Shown here in pieces: positions 26,788 through 35,392 of a stretch of 64,000 bases of DNA; position 1 is the stretch's first letter, and each line of letters begins with the position of its first letter. The notes under the pieces are model-generated. The model was given only the letters and a program-made list of their open reading frames with translations, ran no database searches and had not been told where the DNA came from. Source of the stretch: Candidatus Limnocylindria bacterium (GTDB lineage Bacteria > Chloroflexota > Limnocylindria > P2-11E); NCBI GenBank assembly GCA_036002305.1, contig DASYTL010000039.1:185604-249603 (forward strand), written 5' to 3'. The position numbers and the translations under genes are program-made.

Positions 26788-27508
26788 CCGCTCACCCGCC
26801 CTGAACGCGCGAGGGTCGCCAGACGCCACCCGTAGTAGGAGAGCCAGAGGAAGGCGGGGACGTTCGCGTAGATGAAGGGCTCGAGGAAGAAGAGTCCCGT
26901 CGCTGAGCCGATGCCCCTCACGAGAAAGAGCGGCTCGCCGAGCCAGCCGTACCCGAGGAGCAGATCGTCGAACACCCGATAGATCAGGGAACCCTGAGGC
27001 GTTCCCACCTCGTTGCTGAGCGCGTGCATCACGTAGCCGTTGATGAGCGCTACGCCGGTGAAGAACAGGATGCCGACGGTCAGGCTGCCCCACGCGAGGG
27101 CCGACTGCCAGCGGCGCGTGAGGACGCCCCCACCCCCTCGCGGCGGAGACCGCCCATGAAACAGAGCACGAACCCGAGCGCGATCGTGACATCGATAGGG
27201 CCCCACAGCGGAGTCGTCGACAGAACGCTCGGCTTCTCCTCGAGCCCGCCCGACGGCACCGGATGCAGGACGAGGCCTTCGGCGACCATGATCCCCGCAA
27301 GGACGAGCGCGTAGCCCGCGGCGCGCGCCGCTCCGGTCTCCCGGAGTGTGGGGGCCTCTTCAGAGCTCGCCGCGTAGCGCCCGATTAGAGCTTTCCGGTC
27401 TCCGCGTAGCGGTCGGCGATCGCAAGCACCTCGTCGATCGCCTTGATGCCGATCGCGAGCTCCTCGTCGGTCACGACCAGGGGCGGCGCGACGAAGAGCA
27501 TGTTCCAC
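26784..27508 (-). pseudogene. Polytopic membrane protein split across two reading frames (frameshift or sequencing error near the poly-C tract ~27125-27140)
   Basis: Track ORFs 27080..27508 and 26784..27206 (both minus strand) each encode hydrophobic TM-rich segments and overlap by ~125 nt in different frames. A CCCCCACCCCC tract lies in the overlap. Confidence 0.4.
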
Positions 27509-28731
27509 CGGCAGAAGACGTACACGTCACGCTGCATGAGCGCGCCGCGCAGCGCGTTGGCGAGCGCGCTCGTGGGACCGTTCCAGCGCTCGAGCATCTC
27601 CTTGGTGCGCCGGTCCTTCACCAGCTCGATCCCGGCGAAGAGTCCGCGACCCCGAACGTCCCCGATCGACGGATGACGATCGCCAAGCTTGCGGAGCCCC
27701 GCCAGCAGCTTGTCGCCCATGCGCGCCGAGCGCTCGACGAGCCCTTCGTCGCGGTACGCCTCGATCGAGGCCGCACCGGCCGCGCAGGCGAGGGGGTGAC
27801 CGCTGTACGTCGATCCGACCCAGAGCACGTGATCTGCGAAGTGCTGCGCGATCTTGGCGCTGACGATCGCTCCGCCCAGCGGCACGTAGCCGGAGGTGAC
27901 CCCCTTCGCGAACGTCATGATGTCGGGCGCGACGCGCTCGTGATCGGCGCCGAACCACGTCCCGGTCCGGCCGAACCCGGTCATCACCTCGTCGAACACC
28001 AGCAGGATGCCGTAGCGGTCGCAGAGCGCGCGCAGCCCGCTGAGGTAGCCGTCGGGCGGGACGAGCACGCCCGATGTGCCCGGGATCGGCTCCACGAGGA
28101 TCGCCGCGAGGTATTCGGGCCCTTCGTACCAGATGACCTCTTCGACGTGAGCGAGCGCCTTCTGGACGTCGGCTCCGAACACCGACCGATACGGGTCGGG
28201 ATTGAGGAAGTGCACGACACCGGTGATCCCGGGCTCGGCCGCCCAGCGGCGGTTGTCGCCGCCGAGTGTCATCGCGCCCTGCGACTGCCCGTGGAACGAC
28301 CGCCACTGCGTCAGGATCTTGTGCCGCTTGGTGTACAGACGGGCGATCTTGATCGCGTGCTCGTTCGCCTCGCTGCCGCCGGTCGTGAAGATCGTCTTCG
28401 CGAGATCGCCCGGCGTGACGTCGGCCAGGAGGCGCGCGAGCTTCGCCCGGCTCTCCTCGCCGAACGACGGCGTCACGTAGCAGACGCGCTCCGCCTGCTC
28501 CTGGATCGCGCGCACGACCTTCGGATGCCCGTGACCGAGATTCACGTTGATGAGGCCCGACGAGAAGTCGAGGATCCGCCTGTCGCCCGCGTGTAGCCAG
28601 GATCCGTGTGCACCGGTGATGACCACTTGCTTGATGCCGGCCTGCGCGGACCAGGAGACGAGGACATGCTCGGCGGTGTCCTGCGCGACTCGCGCGGGGT
28701 CGGGCACCGGTGGCCGCGATGCGACCTTCAT
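27385..28731 (-). CDS. Class III PLP-dependent aminotransferase (omega-transaminase-like)
   Basis: Start placed at the internal ATG (MKVASRPP...), giving ~448 aa. The PLP-lysine region (IMTFAKGVTSGY), the TGFGRTG motif and EVMTGFGRTG are typical of aminotransferase class III. Confidence 0.9.
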   Translation of the reverse strand: MKVASRPPVPDPARVAQDTAEHVLVSWSAQAGIKQVVITGAHGSWLHAGDRRILDFSSGLINVNLGHGHPKVVRAIQEQAERVCYVTPSFGEESRAKLARLLADVTPGDLAKTIFTTGGSEANEHAIKIARLYTKRHKILTQWRSFHGQSQGAMTLGGDNRRWAAEPGITGVVHFLNPDPYRSVFGADVQKALAHVEEVIWYEGPEYLAAILVEPIPGTSGVLVPPDGYLSGLRALCDRYGILLVFDEVMTGFGRTGTWFGADHERVAPDIMTFAKGVTSGYVPLGGAIVSAKIAQHFADHVLWVGSTYSGHPLACAAGAASIEAYRDEGLVERSARMGDKLLAGLRKLGDRHPSIGDVRGRGLFAGIELVKDRRTKEMLERWNGPTSALANALRGALMQRDVYVFCRWNMLFVAPPLVVTDEELAIGIKAIDEVLAIADRYAETGKL

Positions 28732-28755
28732 TGGAGGTCGGTAGTGTGTCACCGC

Positions 28756-29706
28756 ATGCGCCTCGGCATCAACCTGTGGCCTCAGAACACCACCTGGCCC
28801 GCGCTCCGCGAGCACGCGCTGCTCGCGGATCGCCTCCGCTTCGATTCGCTCTGGGTGTGGGACCACTTCTACTCGATCGCCGGCGATCCGCACCGCCCGA
28901 ACTTCGAGGGCTGGCAATTACAGCCGGCGTACGCCGCGATCACGCAGCACGTAAAGATCGGCTGCCTCGTCTCCTCCATCACGCATCGTCACCCCGCGGT
29001 GCTCGCGAACATGGCCAGCACCCTGGATCACATCTCGAACGGCCGCGCGATCCTCGGCATCGGCGCGGGATGGAATGCCCTCGAGCACAACGCCTACGGG
29101 ATCGACCTCGGGACGCCGCGCGAGCGGTCCGACCGCTTTGCCGAAGGGGCGAAGATCATCCGCGCGCTCGTCGACGGGAAGCGGGTGACGCACTCGGGCC
29201 GGTACTACGAGCTGGTCAACGCGGAGGTGCTCACCCGTCCGCTGCAGAGTCCGCTGCCGATACTCGTCGGCGGCGGCGGTGAGCGGCGCACGCTCCGCAC
29301 CGCGGCGCGCTATGCGCAGATGTGGCACGCGTTCGAGAGTCCCGAGGTCATGAAGCACAAGATCGAGGTTCTGCGGAAGCACTGCGAAGACGTCGGCCGC
29401 GATCCCGGAGAGATCGACCCGATTGGCGGGGGCTGGGTCGTCGTCCGGGAGGACCCGGCGAAGGCGAAAGCACAGCTGGCGCGGGTCGCCCAGCACCATG
29501 GAATGTCGGCGCCGCCCACGGCGATCGTCGGCGGACCCGACGAGATCGCCGAGAGGATCGCGGCCCACTGGAGGGTCGGCGTGAAGGGCTTCATCGTCCG
29601 GTTCGCCGAGCCGTTCGACGACGAGTCGATCGAGCGGATCGCGAAAGAGGTGCGCCCTCGCCTGATGGAGCTCGTCTCGGAGACGCCCGCGCCCGTTTCG
29701 GGCTAG
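28756..29706 (+). CDS. LLM-class F420-dependent oxidoreductase
   Basis: The internal ATG (MRLGINLWPQNTTWP) is a typical LLM start. ~316 aa. It is divergent from the aminotransferase, with only ~24 bp between the start codons. Confidence 0.85.
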   Translation: MRLGINLWPQNTTWPALREHALLADRLRFDSLWVWDHFYSIAGDPHRPNFEGWQLQPAYAAITQHVKIGCLVSSITHRHPAVLANMASTLDHISNGRAILGIGAGWNALEHNAYGIDLGTPRERSDRFAEGAKIIRALVDGKRVTHSGRYYELVNAEVLTRPLQSPLPILVGGGGERRTLRTAARYAQMWHAFESPEVMKHKIEVLRKHCEDVGRDPGEIDPIGGGWVVVREDPAKAKAQLARVAQHHGMSAPPTAIVGGPDEIAERIAAHWRVGVKGFIVRFAEPFDDESIERIAKEVRPRLMELVSETPAPVSG

Positions 29707-29721
29707 GCTTTTCAGCGCCCC

Positions 29722-30879
29722 ATGAGGATCGGCGTCGTGCGAGAGACCACGCCCGGCGAGCGCCGCGTGTCGCTCGTGCCCGAGACCGTCGCGAGACTGG
29801 CCAAGGCCGGCAACGACATCGTCGTCGAGCGCGGCGCGGGCGAGGCCTCGAGCTTCCCCGACCGCATGTATACGGACGCCGGCGCGAGCATCGGCGAGGC
29901 GTGGTCGGCCGATCTCGTGCTCAAGGTCGCGAAGCCATCGGACGACGAGCTCGCCCGCCTGCGCGAGGGCGTGGTGCTCATCGCGTTCCTCCAGCCGCTG
30001 GTCAACCATGCTCTGGTGCGCGAGCTCGCGCGCCGGCGCGTCACATCGTTGTCGATGGACGCGATCCCGCGGATCACGCGCGCGCAGCCGATGGACGCCC
30101 TCAGCTCCCAGGCGACGGTCGCCGGGTACAAGGCCGTGCTCCTCGCGGCGGTGGCTTTGCCGAAGTTCTTCCCGATGCTCACCACCGCCGCGGGGACCAT
30201 CGCGCCGGCGAAGGCGTTCGTCATCGGCGCGGGCGTCGCCGGGCTGCAGGCCATCGCCACGGCGCGCCGGCTCGGCGCGGTCGTCGAGGCCTTCGACACG
30301 CGGCCGGTGGTGAAGGAGCAGGTGCAGTCGCTCGGGGCGAAGTTCCTCGAGGTGGACCTCGGCGAGACCGGCGAGGGTACCGGTGGCTATGCCAAAGAGC
30401 TCTCCGAGGAGGCGCACCGCAAGGAGGTCGAGCTCCTCGCGAAGGCGGTCAAGGAGAACGACATCGTCATCACCACGGCGGCCATACCGGGACGTCCCGC
30501 CCCCAAGCTCATAACCGCGGACATGGTCCGTTCGATGAAGCCGGGGTCGGTGATCGTCGACCTCGCGGCCGAGACTGGCGGGAACGCGGAGCTGACGCAG
30601 CCCGGCAAGGTGATCGAGGTGGACGGGGTGCGCATCGACGGGACGACGAATCTCCCTTCCACCATGCCCTATCACGCGAGCCAGATGTACTCGCGCAACA
30701 TCGCGAGCCTGCTCGCGCTCATGCTCACGAAGGAGGGGAAGCTCAACCTCGACATGAGCGACGACGTCATCAAGGGAACGGTCATCACGAAGGACGGCGA
30801 GGTCGTCCACGAGCAGACGAAGAAGGCGGTCGCGGTCGAGGGGACTCCGCCCCCTCGGACCCCCGCAGCCGCGACATGA
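29722..30879 (+). CDS. pntAA: NAD(P) transhydrogenase subunit alpha, part 1 (dI domain)
   Basis: Alanine-dehydrogenase/PNT N-terminal domain and a Rossmann GAGVAG motif (VIGAGVAGLQA). 385 aa. Confidence 0.9.
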   Translation: MRIGVVRETTPGERRVSLVPETVARLAKAGNDIVVERGAGEASSFPDRMYTDAGASIGEAWSADLVLKVAKPSDDELARLREGVVLIAFLQPLVNHALVRELARRRVTSLSMDAIPRITRAQPMDALSSQATVAGYKAVLLAAVALPKFFPMLTTAAGTIAPAKAFVIGAGVAGLQAIATARRLGAVVEAFDTRPVVKEQVQSLGAKFLEVDLGETGEGTGGYAKELSEEAHRKEVELLAKAVKENDIVITTAAIPGRPAPKLITADMVRSMKPGSVIVDLAAETGGNAELTQPGKVIEVDGVRIDGTTNLPSTMPYHASQMYSRNIASLLALMLTKEGKLNLDMSDDVIKGTVITKDGEVVHEQTKKAVAVEGTPPPRTPAAAT

Positions 30880-31175
30880 GCGCCGCGTTCATCGTCATCG
30901 CGTACGTCTTCATCCTCGCCGTCTTCGTCGGCTTCGAGGTGATCTCGAAGGTCCCGTCCACGCTGCACACGCCGCTGATGAGCGGTGCGAACGCGATCCA
31001 CGGCATCGTGATCGTCGGCGCGATGCTGGTCGCGAGCGCGATCCCCGGCCCGCTCGGCACGGTCCTCGGCTTCCTCGCGGTCGTGCTCGGCACCGCGAAC
31101 GTGGTCGGCGGATTCGTCGTGACCGACCGGATGCTCGCGATGTTCAAACAGCGTCCGACCCGGAAGAGCGAATGA
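30876..31175 (+). CDS. pntAB: NAD(P) transhydrogenase subunit alpha, part 2 (membrane)
   Basis: ~99-aa hydrophobic protein (MSAAFIVIAYVFILAVFVGFEV...). ATG overlaps the pntAA stop (ATGA). Its stop overlaps the pntB start. Confidence 0.85.
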   Translation: MSAAFIVIAYVFILAVFVGFEVISKVPSTLHTPLMSGANAIHGIVIVGAMLVASAIPGPLGTVLGFLAVVLGTANVVGGFVVTDRMLAMFKQRPTRKSE

Positions 31176-32605
31176 GCGAGGCGTTCATCCAGCTCGCCTA
31201 CCTGATCGCGGCCGTGACGTTCATCCTCGGCCTGAAGGGGCTCTCGTCCCCGACCACCGCGGTGTTCGGCAATCGGATCGCGGCCGTGGGGATGCTCATC
31301 GCGGTCGTCGCGACCTTCTTCGCCCGTGAGGTGGCCGGAGGCTTTCCGGTGATCCTCGCCGGCATCGCGGTCGGCGGCGCGGCGGGGTTCTACGGCGCGC
31401 GCGTCGTGAAGATGACCGCGATGCCGCAGATGGTCGCGCTGTTCAACGGCGCCGGCGGCGGCGCCGCCGCGCTGGTGGCGATCCTGGAGTTCCTACACGC
31501 GACCTCGCCCGAGACCGGCCAGGGTTTCCCCGACATCGGCGAGCCGATCGCCATCCTGCTCGCGCTCATGATCGGCGCCGTTTCCTTCTCCGGAAGCCTC
31601 ATCGCGTTCGGGAAGCTCCAAGGCATCGTCACGCCGCGCGCGTTCAAGTACTCGGGACAGCAGATCGTCACGATCGGCGTGTTCGCCGCGATGGTCCTCT
31701 TCGCGCTCGCGGTCGTGGCCGGCGTGTTCTTCGGGATGCCGGTCCTCCCGGGGCCGCTGTTGATCGCCCTGGTCGGCCTCCTCGCGCTCGCGTTCGGCGT
31801 CGCGCTCGTGATGCCGATCGGTGGCGCGGACATGCCGGTGGTCATCTCGCTCCTGAACGCCTACACCGGCCTGGCCGTCGCCATGGCCGGCTTCACGCTC
31901 GGGAACCAGCTGCTCATCGTCGCCGGCACGCTCGTCGGGGCCTCGGGCACGATCCTCACCCGGCTCATGTCGAAGGCCATGAACCGCTCGCTCGGCAACG
32001 TTCTCTTCGGCGCGTTTGGCGCCGCGCCGAGCGCCGGCGCGGCCTCGGTGGCGGCCGGCGGCGATGGGCGCACGATCCGGTCGATCGGCCCGGAGGACGC
32101 GGCGATCCTCCTCTCGTACGCGCAGAACGTGATCGTCGTGCCGGGGTACGGGCTCGCGGTCGCGCAGGCCCAGCACAGCGTGCGCGAGCTCGCCGACCTC
32201 CTCGAATCGAAAGGCATCAGCGTGAAGTACGCGATCCACCCGGTCGCGGGCCGGATGCCGGGGCACATGAACGTGCTCCTCGCCGAGGCCAACGTCCCGT
32301 ACGACAAGCTCTTCGACATGGATCAGATCAACCCGGAGTTCCAGCGCGCCGACGTGGCGCTCGTGATCGGCGCGAACGACGTCACGAATCCCGCGGCGCG
32401 CTCGAACCCCGGCTCGCCGATCTACGGCATGCCCATCCTCGACGTCGACAAGGCGCAGAACATCATCGTGATCAAGCGTTCGATGAAGCCCGGGTTCGCG
32501 GGCATCGACAACGACCTCTACCTCGACCCGAAGACCGCGATGCTGTTCGGCGACGCGAAGGAAGCCGTCGGCAAGGTCGTGCAGGAGCTCAAGAGGGCGG
32601 CCTAG
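31172..32605 (+). CDS. pntB: NAD(P) transhydrogenase subunit beta
   Basis: 477 aa. N-terminal membrane domain plus C-terminal dIII NADP(H)-binding domain (VPGYGLAVAQAQH; IGANDVTNPAA). Confidence 0.9.
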   Translation: MSEAFIQLAYLIAAVTFILGLKGLSSPTTAVFGNRIAAVGMLIAVVATFFAREVAGGFPVILAGIAVGGAAGFYGARVVKMTAMPQMVALFNGAGGGAAALVAILEFLHATSPETGQGFPDIGEPIAILLALMIGAVSFSGSLIAFGKLQGIVTPRAFKYSGQQIVTIGVFAAMVLFALAVVAGVFFGMPVLPGPLLIALVGLLALAFGVALVMPIGGADMPVVISLLNAYTGLAVAMAGFTLGNQLLIVAGTLVGASGTILTRLMSKAMNRSLGNVLFGAFGAAPSAGAASVAAGGDGRTIRSIGPEDAAILLSYAQNVIVVPGYGLAVAQAQHSVRELADLLESKGISVKYAIHPVAGRMPGHMNVLLAEANVPYDKLFDMDQINPEFQRADVALVIGANDVTNPAARSNPGSPIYGMPILDVDKAQNIIVIKRSMKPGFAGIDNDLYLDPKTAMLFGDAKEAVGKVVQELKRAA

Positions 32606-32720
32606 CCGGGGGGGCCGGCGGGATGACGATCCCGTCATGCCGCGGCAAGCGACGGTTTCGTAATCTCTCGCCCGACTCTCGTACCAATCCCGCGCACCGT
32701 GGGCGTCGAGACCCAAAACC

Positions 32721-33374
32721 TTGGTGACGATGCCGAACAACGATCCGCCCGAGCTGCTCCGATATGCCCTTCGACACGGCGGCTACCTCCGCCGAACCGC
32801 GGCATCGGTGGACGACGCACGCCGCATCATCAAGGAGTGGAATCCGCACCTGCTCCTGCTTGACATCGATGTCGAGGGCGGCCAAGGCATCCAGCTGATC
32901 GACGAGGGCCACCGGCAGCAGGAGATCGCGATCATCGCGCTCACGCGAAGGGCGGATCTGCGCGGCAAGCTCGATGCGTTCGAGCGAGGCGCCGACGTGT
33001 ACATCACGGTGCCCTTGGTACCCGACGATCTCGTCGCGCGCACCCGCGCGGTCCTCCGCCGGACGCACGGGCACGCCGGGCACATCGTGCCGCGACTGCG
33101 GATCGGGGACCTCGAGATCGACGTCCTCAACCGAAGGGTCATCTCGGGAAACCACGAGCTTCATCTCACGTCCCTCGAGCAGGCCCTGCTCTATCTCCTG
33201 GCCGCGAACGCCGGAAGCGTGCTCACGCGAGAGCAGATCCTCAATGCACTCTGGGGCCCGGACCTCGCGATCGAAAGCAACGTCGTCGACCGGCATGTCC
33301 GCGCGCTCCGCGCGAAGCTACAGAACGACTGGCACGAGCCGCGGTACATCGAGACCGTCCAAGGCGCGGGGTAG
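32721..33374 (+). CDS. OmpR-family winged-helix regulator with degenerate (pseudo-)receiver domain
   Basis: The C-terminal trans_reg_C winged helix is intact. The receiver-like N-terminus keeps the acceptor Asp position (LLLLDIDVEGG) but lacks the N-terminal acidic DD pair and the conserved Lys (ADVYITVPL instead of ADDY.TKPF). No cognate kinase is adjacent. Confidence 0.7.
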   Translation: MVTMPNNDPPELLRYALRHGGYLRRTAASVDDARRIIKEWNPHLLLLDIDVEGGQGIQLIDEGHRQQEIAIIALTRRADLRGKLDAFERGADVYITVPLVPDDLVARTRAVLRRTHGHAGHIVPRLRIGDLEIDVLNRRVISGNHELHLTSLEQALLYLLAANAGSVLTREQILNALWGPDLAIESNVVDRHVRALRAKLQNDWHEPRYIETVQGAG

Positions 33375-33404
33375 CGTTTCGTCCCCGCCGCCGACCAGGA
33401 GTAG

Positions 33405-33590
33405 CCGCTCAAGCCGACGGCGGCGCATTCTGGCAGCTCGGCCAGTACCAGCTCTTGCGGAACTCACTCGGATGGTGCCTTGACGTCGACAAGGCGCAGA
33501 AGATCATCCTCGTCAAGCGCTGGATGGCGCGAGGGACGCCGTCGGCAAGGTCGTGCAGGAGCTAGAGAGAGCGGCCTCGACGGCCCTCAA
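33405..33590. repeat. Mosaic of degenerate gene-end fragments: nei 3'-end-like piece (~33420-33480) fused to a pntB 3'-end-like piece with an internal deletion (~33481-33590)
   Basis: 33427-33480 is ~87% identical to 34575-34630 (the nei zinc-finger end). 33482-33530 plus 33535-33580 match pntB 32455-32505 and 32565-32605 with ~75 bp missing between them. Found by direct self-comparison. Confidence 0.7.
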
Positions 33591-33621
33591 AAAAAGAAGC
33601 CCCCGATAGGTCGGGGGCTTC
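33589..33621 (-). terminator. Rho-independent terminator of the secreted-protein gene
   Basis: GAAGCCCCCGA-tagg-TCGGGGGCTTC is a perfect 11-bp stem. On the minus strand it is followed by a 7-nt T run (AAAAAAA on the plus strand at ~33589-33595). It lies ~25 nt downstream of the gene's stop. Confidence 0.7.
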
Positions 33622-33643
33622 TCCTGTCACTTCACCGTGAGGT

Positions 33644-34414
33644 CTATCCGTTCCCTTTGTTTCGCCCGCCCGTTGCGAAGTAGCTCACGCAGTCACCTTG
33701 ATTCTTGAACGGACCGGGCGCAGTCGTGAAGTTCCTCCATCCGCCGTTCTTGCACTTCTGCTTGTCGCCCGGGCTCACCTCGGCCTCAAACGTGTAGGTG
33801 GTCGCGTTGATCTTCACGTTGTCCACCTGGACGGTCTGGGTGCCACCGGTGACGGCCCAGCCGCCGTCCGTCACGAGCTGGATGCCGCTGACCGCGAAGC
33901 CTGCGTATCGCGCCTGGGCCTCGCCCCACGTGTCGTAGAAGCGGCCCCCCGGCAACTGGCTCGTGTCCACGAAGCTGATCGGAGTGAGGAGGTCGTCGGT
34001 GCTGCGCCAGACGTTCGCGGGGCATCCGACGTAGTTGGGCGGCGGCCCGATGTAGACGAAGATGTTCTTCGTGCCGACCGGCGTGCCGACGTTGATTTGG
34101 AAACGCGGGGCCCCACCACCGCAGCTGCCGGCCGTGAACATGTAGTCGGTCTGCAGATTGTCCAGGTCCCTGACGGTCATGGGCGGCGTGTCGAAGTCGA
34201 TGCCGCCATGCGTCGCGGCCTGCGGCGCCGTCATGACCGACCGCAGCTGCACCGCGGTGTCGGAGTTGTGCCCAGGGTGAACGAGTTGCGCGTCGCCAAA
34301 GAGCGTGTAGGTGGCCGCGGCAACGGCCGTCGAGCCTTGGAACATCGCGAAGGACACGACGATGAGTGAGGCGAGTGCGACCTTCAGGAAGCTTATGGAG
34401 ACCATTCCGAACAC
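33644..34414 (-). CDS. Secreted hypothetical protein
   Basis: 256 aa with an N-terminal signal peptide (MVSISFLKVALASLIVVSFAMFQGSTAVAAA). Gly/Thr-rich. No family recognised. Confidence 0.6.
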   Translation of the reverse strand: MFGMVSISFLKVALASLIVVSFAMFQGSTAVAAATYTLFGDAQLVHPGHNSDTAVQLRSVMTAPQAATHGGIDFDTPPMTVRDLDNLQTDYMFTAGSCGGGAPRFQINVGTPVGTKNIFVYIGPPPNYVGCPANVWRSTDDLLTPISFVDTSQLPGGRFYDTWGEAQARYAGFAVSGIQLVTDGGWAVTGGTQTVQVDNVKINATTYTFEAEVSPGDKQKCKNGGWRNFTTAPGPFKNQGDCVSYFATGGRNKGNG

Positions 34415-34556
34415 CCCCGCCGCTAGGCTAACTTCGCCAGATCTAGAGAGCGCTGGTGCGTAGCCCGAACGTCAGGCTCCGCGCGAGGATACGGGCGATC
34501 GACAGACGGCTCGCCTCTCCGGCGACCGACCACGGTCGCGAAGCGGAGGCGAGCGC

Positions 34557-35378
34557 TCACACCGGCTGTGGGGCCTTCTGGCAGCTCGGGCAGTACCAGC
34601 TTTTCCGGAACTCATTGCGATGGTGGCCGCGCTCGATCGGCGTCCCGCACTCGTAGCAGGGCAAGCCCGTCCGCTCCTGAACCCAGACGAGCTGCCGCCG
34701 ATCGAGAGCGAAGCGGGTGCGACGCGGGCCACCGCCGCGGTTGCGCCGCAGGAGGTCGCGCGAGACGCCCACGATCCGCCGGAGGGTCGCGTCGTCGAGG
34801 TCGCCGATTTTCGCCCACGGCCACATCCGCGCGAGGAAGAGCGCCTCGTTCTTGATCTCGTTCCCGATCCCGGAGAGCGTGCGCTGGTCGAGGAGCGCGG
34901 TCGCGATGTCGCGCTCGGGCTCCGCACGAAGCCGGCGCATCCCCTCGTCGAGGTCGAAATCGTCGGCGATGACGTCGGGCCCGAGCTCGGGAATCACCGG
35001 ATGCATCGCGATCTCGCTCGCCGTCATGAGCTCGACCACCGGAGGCCTCTCGCACGGCGCGACGTATTTCTCCGTGCGGATCACGACGCGCGCCTTCGAC
35101 GGCGCGAACCACCACCGCTCGCCGGGGCGGTATACGTGCCACTGCCCGGTCATGCGCATGTGGGTGTGGAGGACGACGTCCTCGCCGTCCGTGGTGAACG
35201 TGATCATCAGGTGCTTGCCGTTCGACTCGACCGCCTTGACCGTGCCGCCGACCACCTGCCGCCGCGCCGCGGCCGCTGTGACCTTCGGCGCGACGAGCTC
35301 GAAGCCGGTGACGACGCGGCCCGCGAGCGCGCGACGCAGCACGGTCGCCGTGCGGAAGATCGTGTCGCCCTCGGGCAC
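34557..35378 (-). CDS. nei: Fpg/Nei-family DNA glycosylase (endonuclease VIII-like)
   Basis: N-terminal catalytic PEGDT, an H2TH region and a C-terminal zinc finger (CYECGTPI...CPSCQ). GTG start. Lies 14 nt downstream of lhr on the same strand. Confidence 0.9.
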   Translation of the reverse strand: MPEGDTIFRTATVLRRALAGRVVTGFELVAPKVTAAAARRQVVGGTVKAVESNGKHLMITFTTDGEDVVLHTHMRMTGQWHVYRPGERWWFAPSKARVVIRTEKYVAPCERPPVVELMTASEIAMHPVIPELGPDVIADDFDLDEGMRRLRAEPERDIATALLDQRTLSGIGNEIKNEALFLARMWPWAKIGDLDDATLRRIVGVSRDLLRRNRGGGPRRTRFALDRRQLVWVQERTGLPCYECGTPIERGHHRNEFRKSWYCPSCQKAPQPV

Positions 35379-35392
35379 CTCCCGACGCCGCT

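Noticed and set aside
33480-33683. Track ORF 33480..33683 (67 aa, Arg/Ser-rich) as a gene
   Set aside because: It lies entirely within the pntB-remnant sequence and the terminator region, and its sequence is low-complexity. It is explained by the decayed gene fragment.
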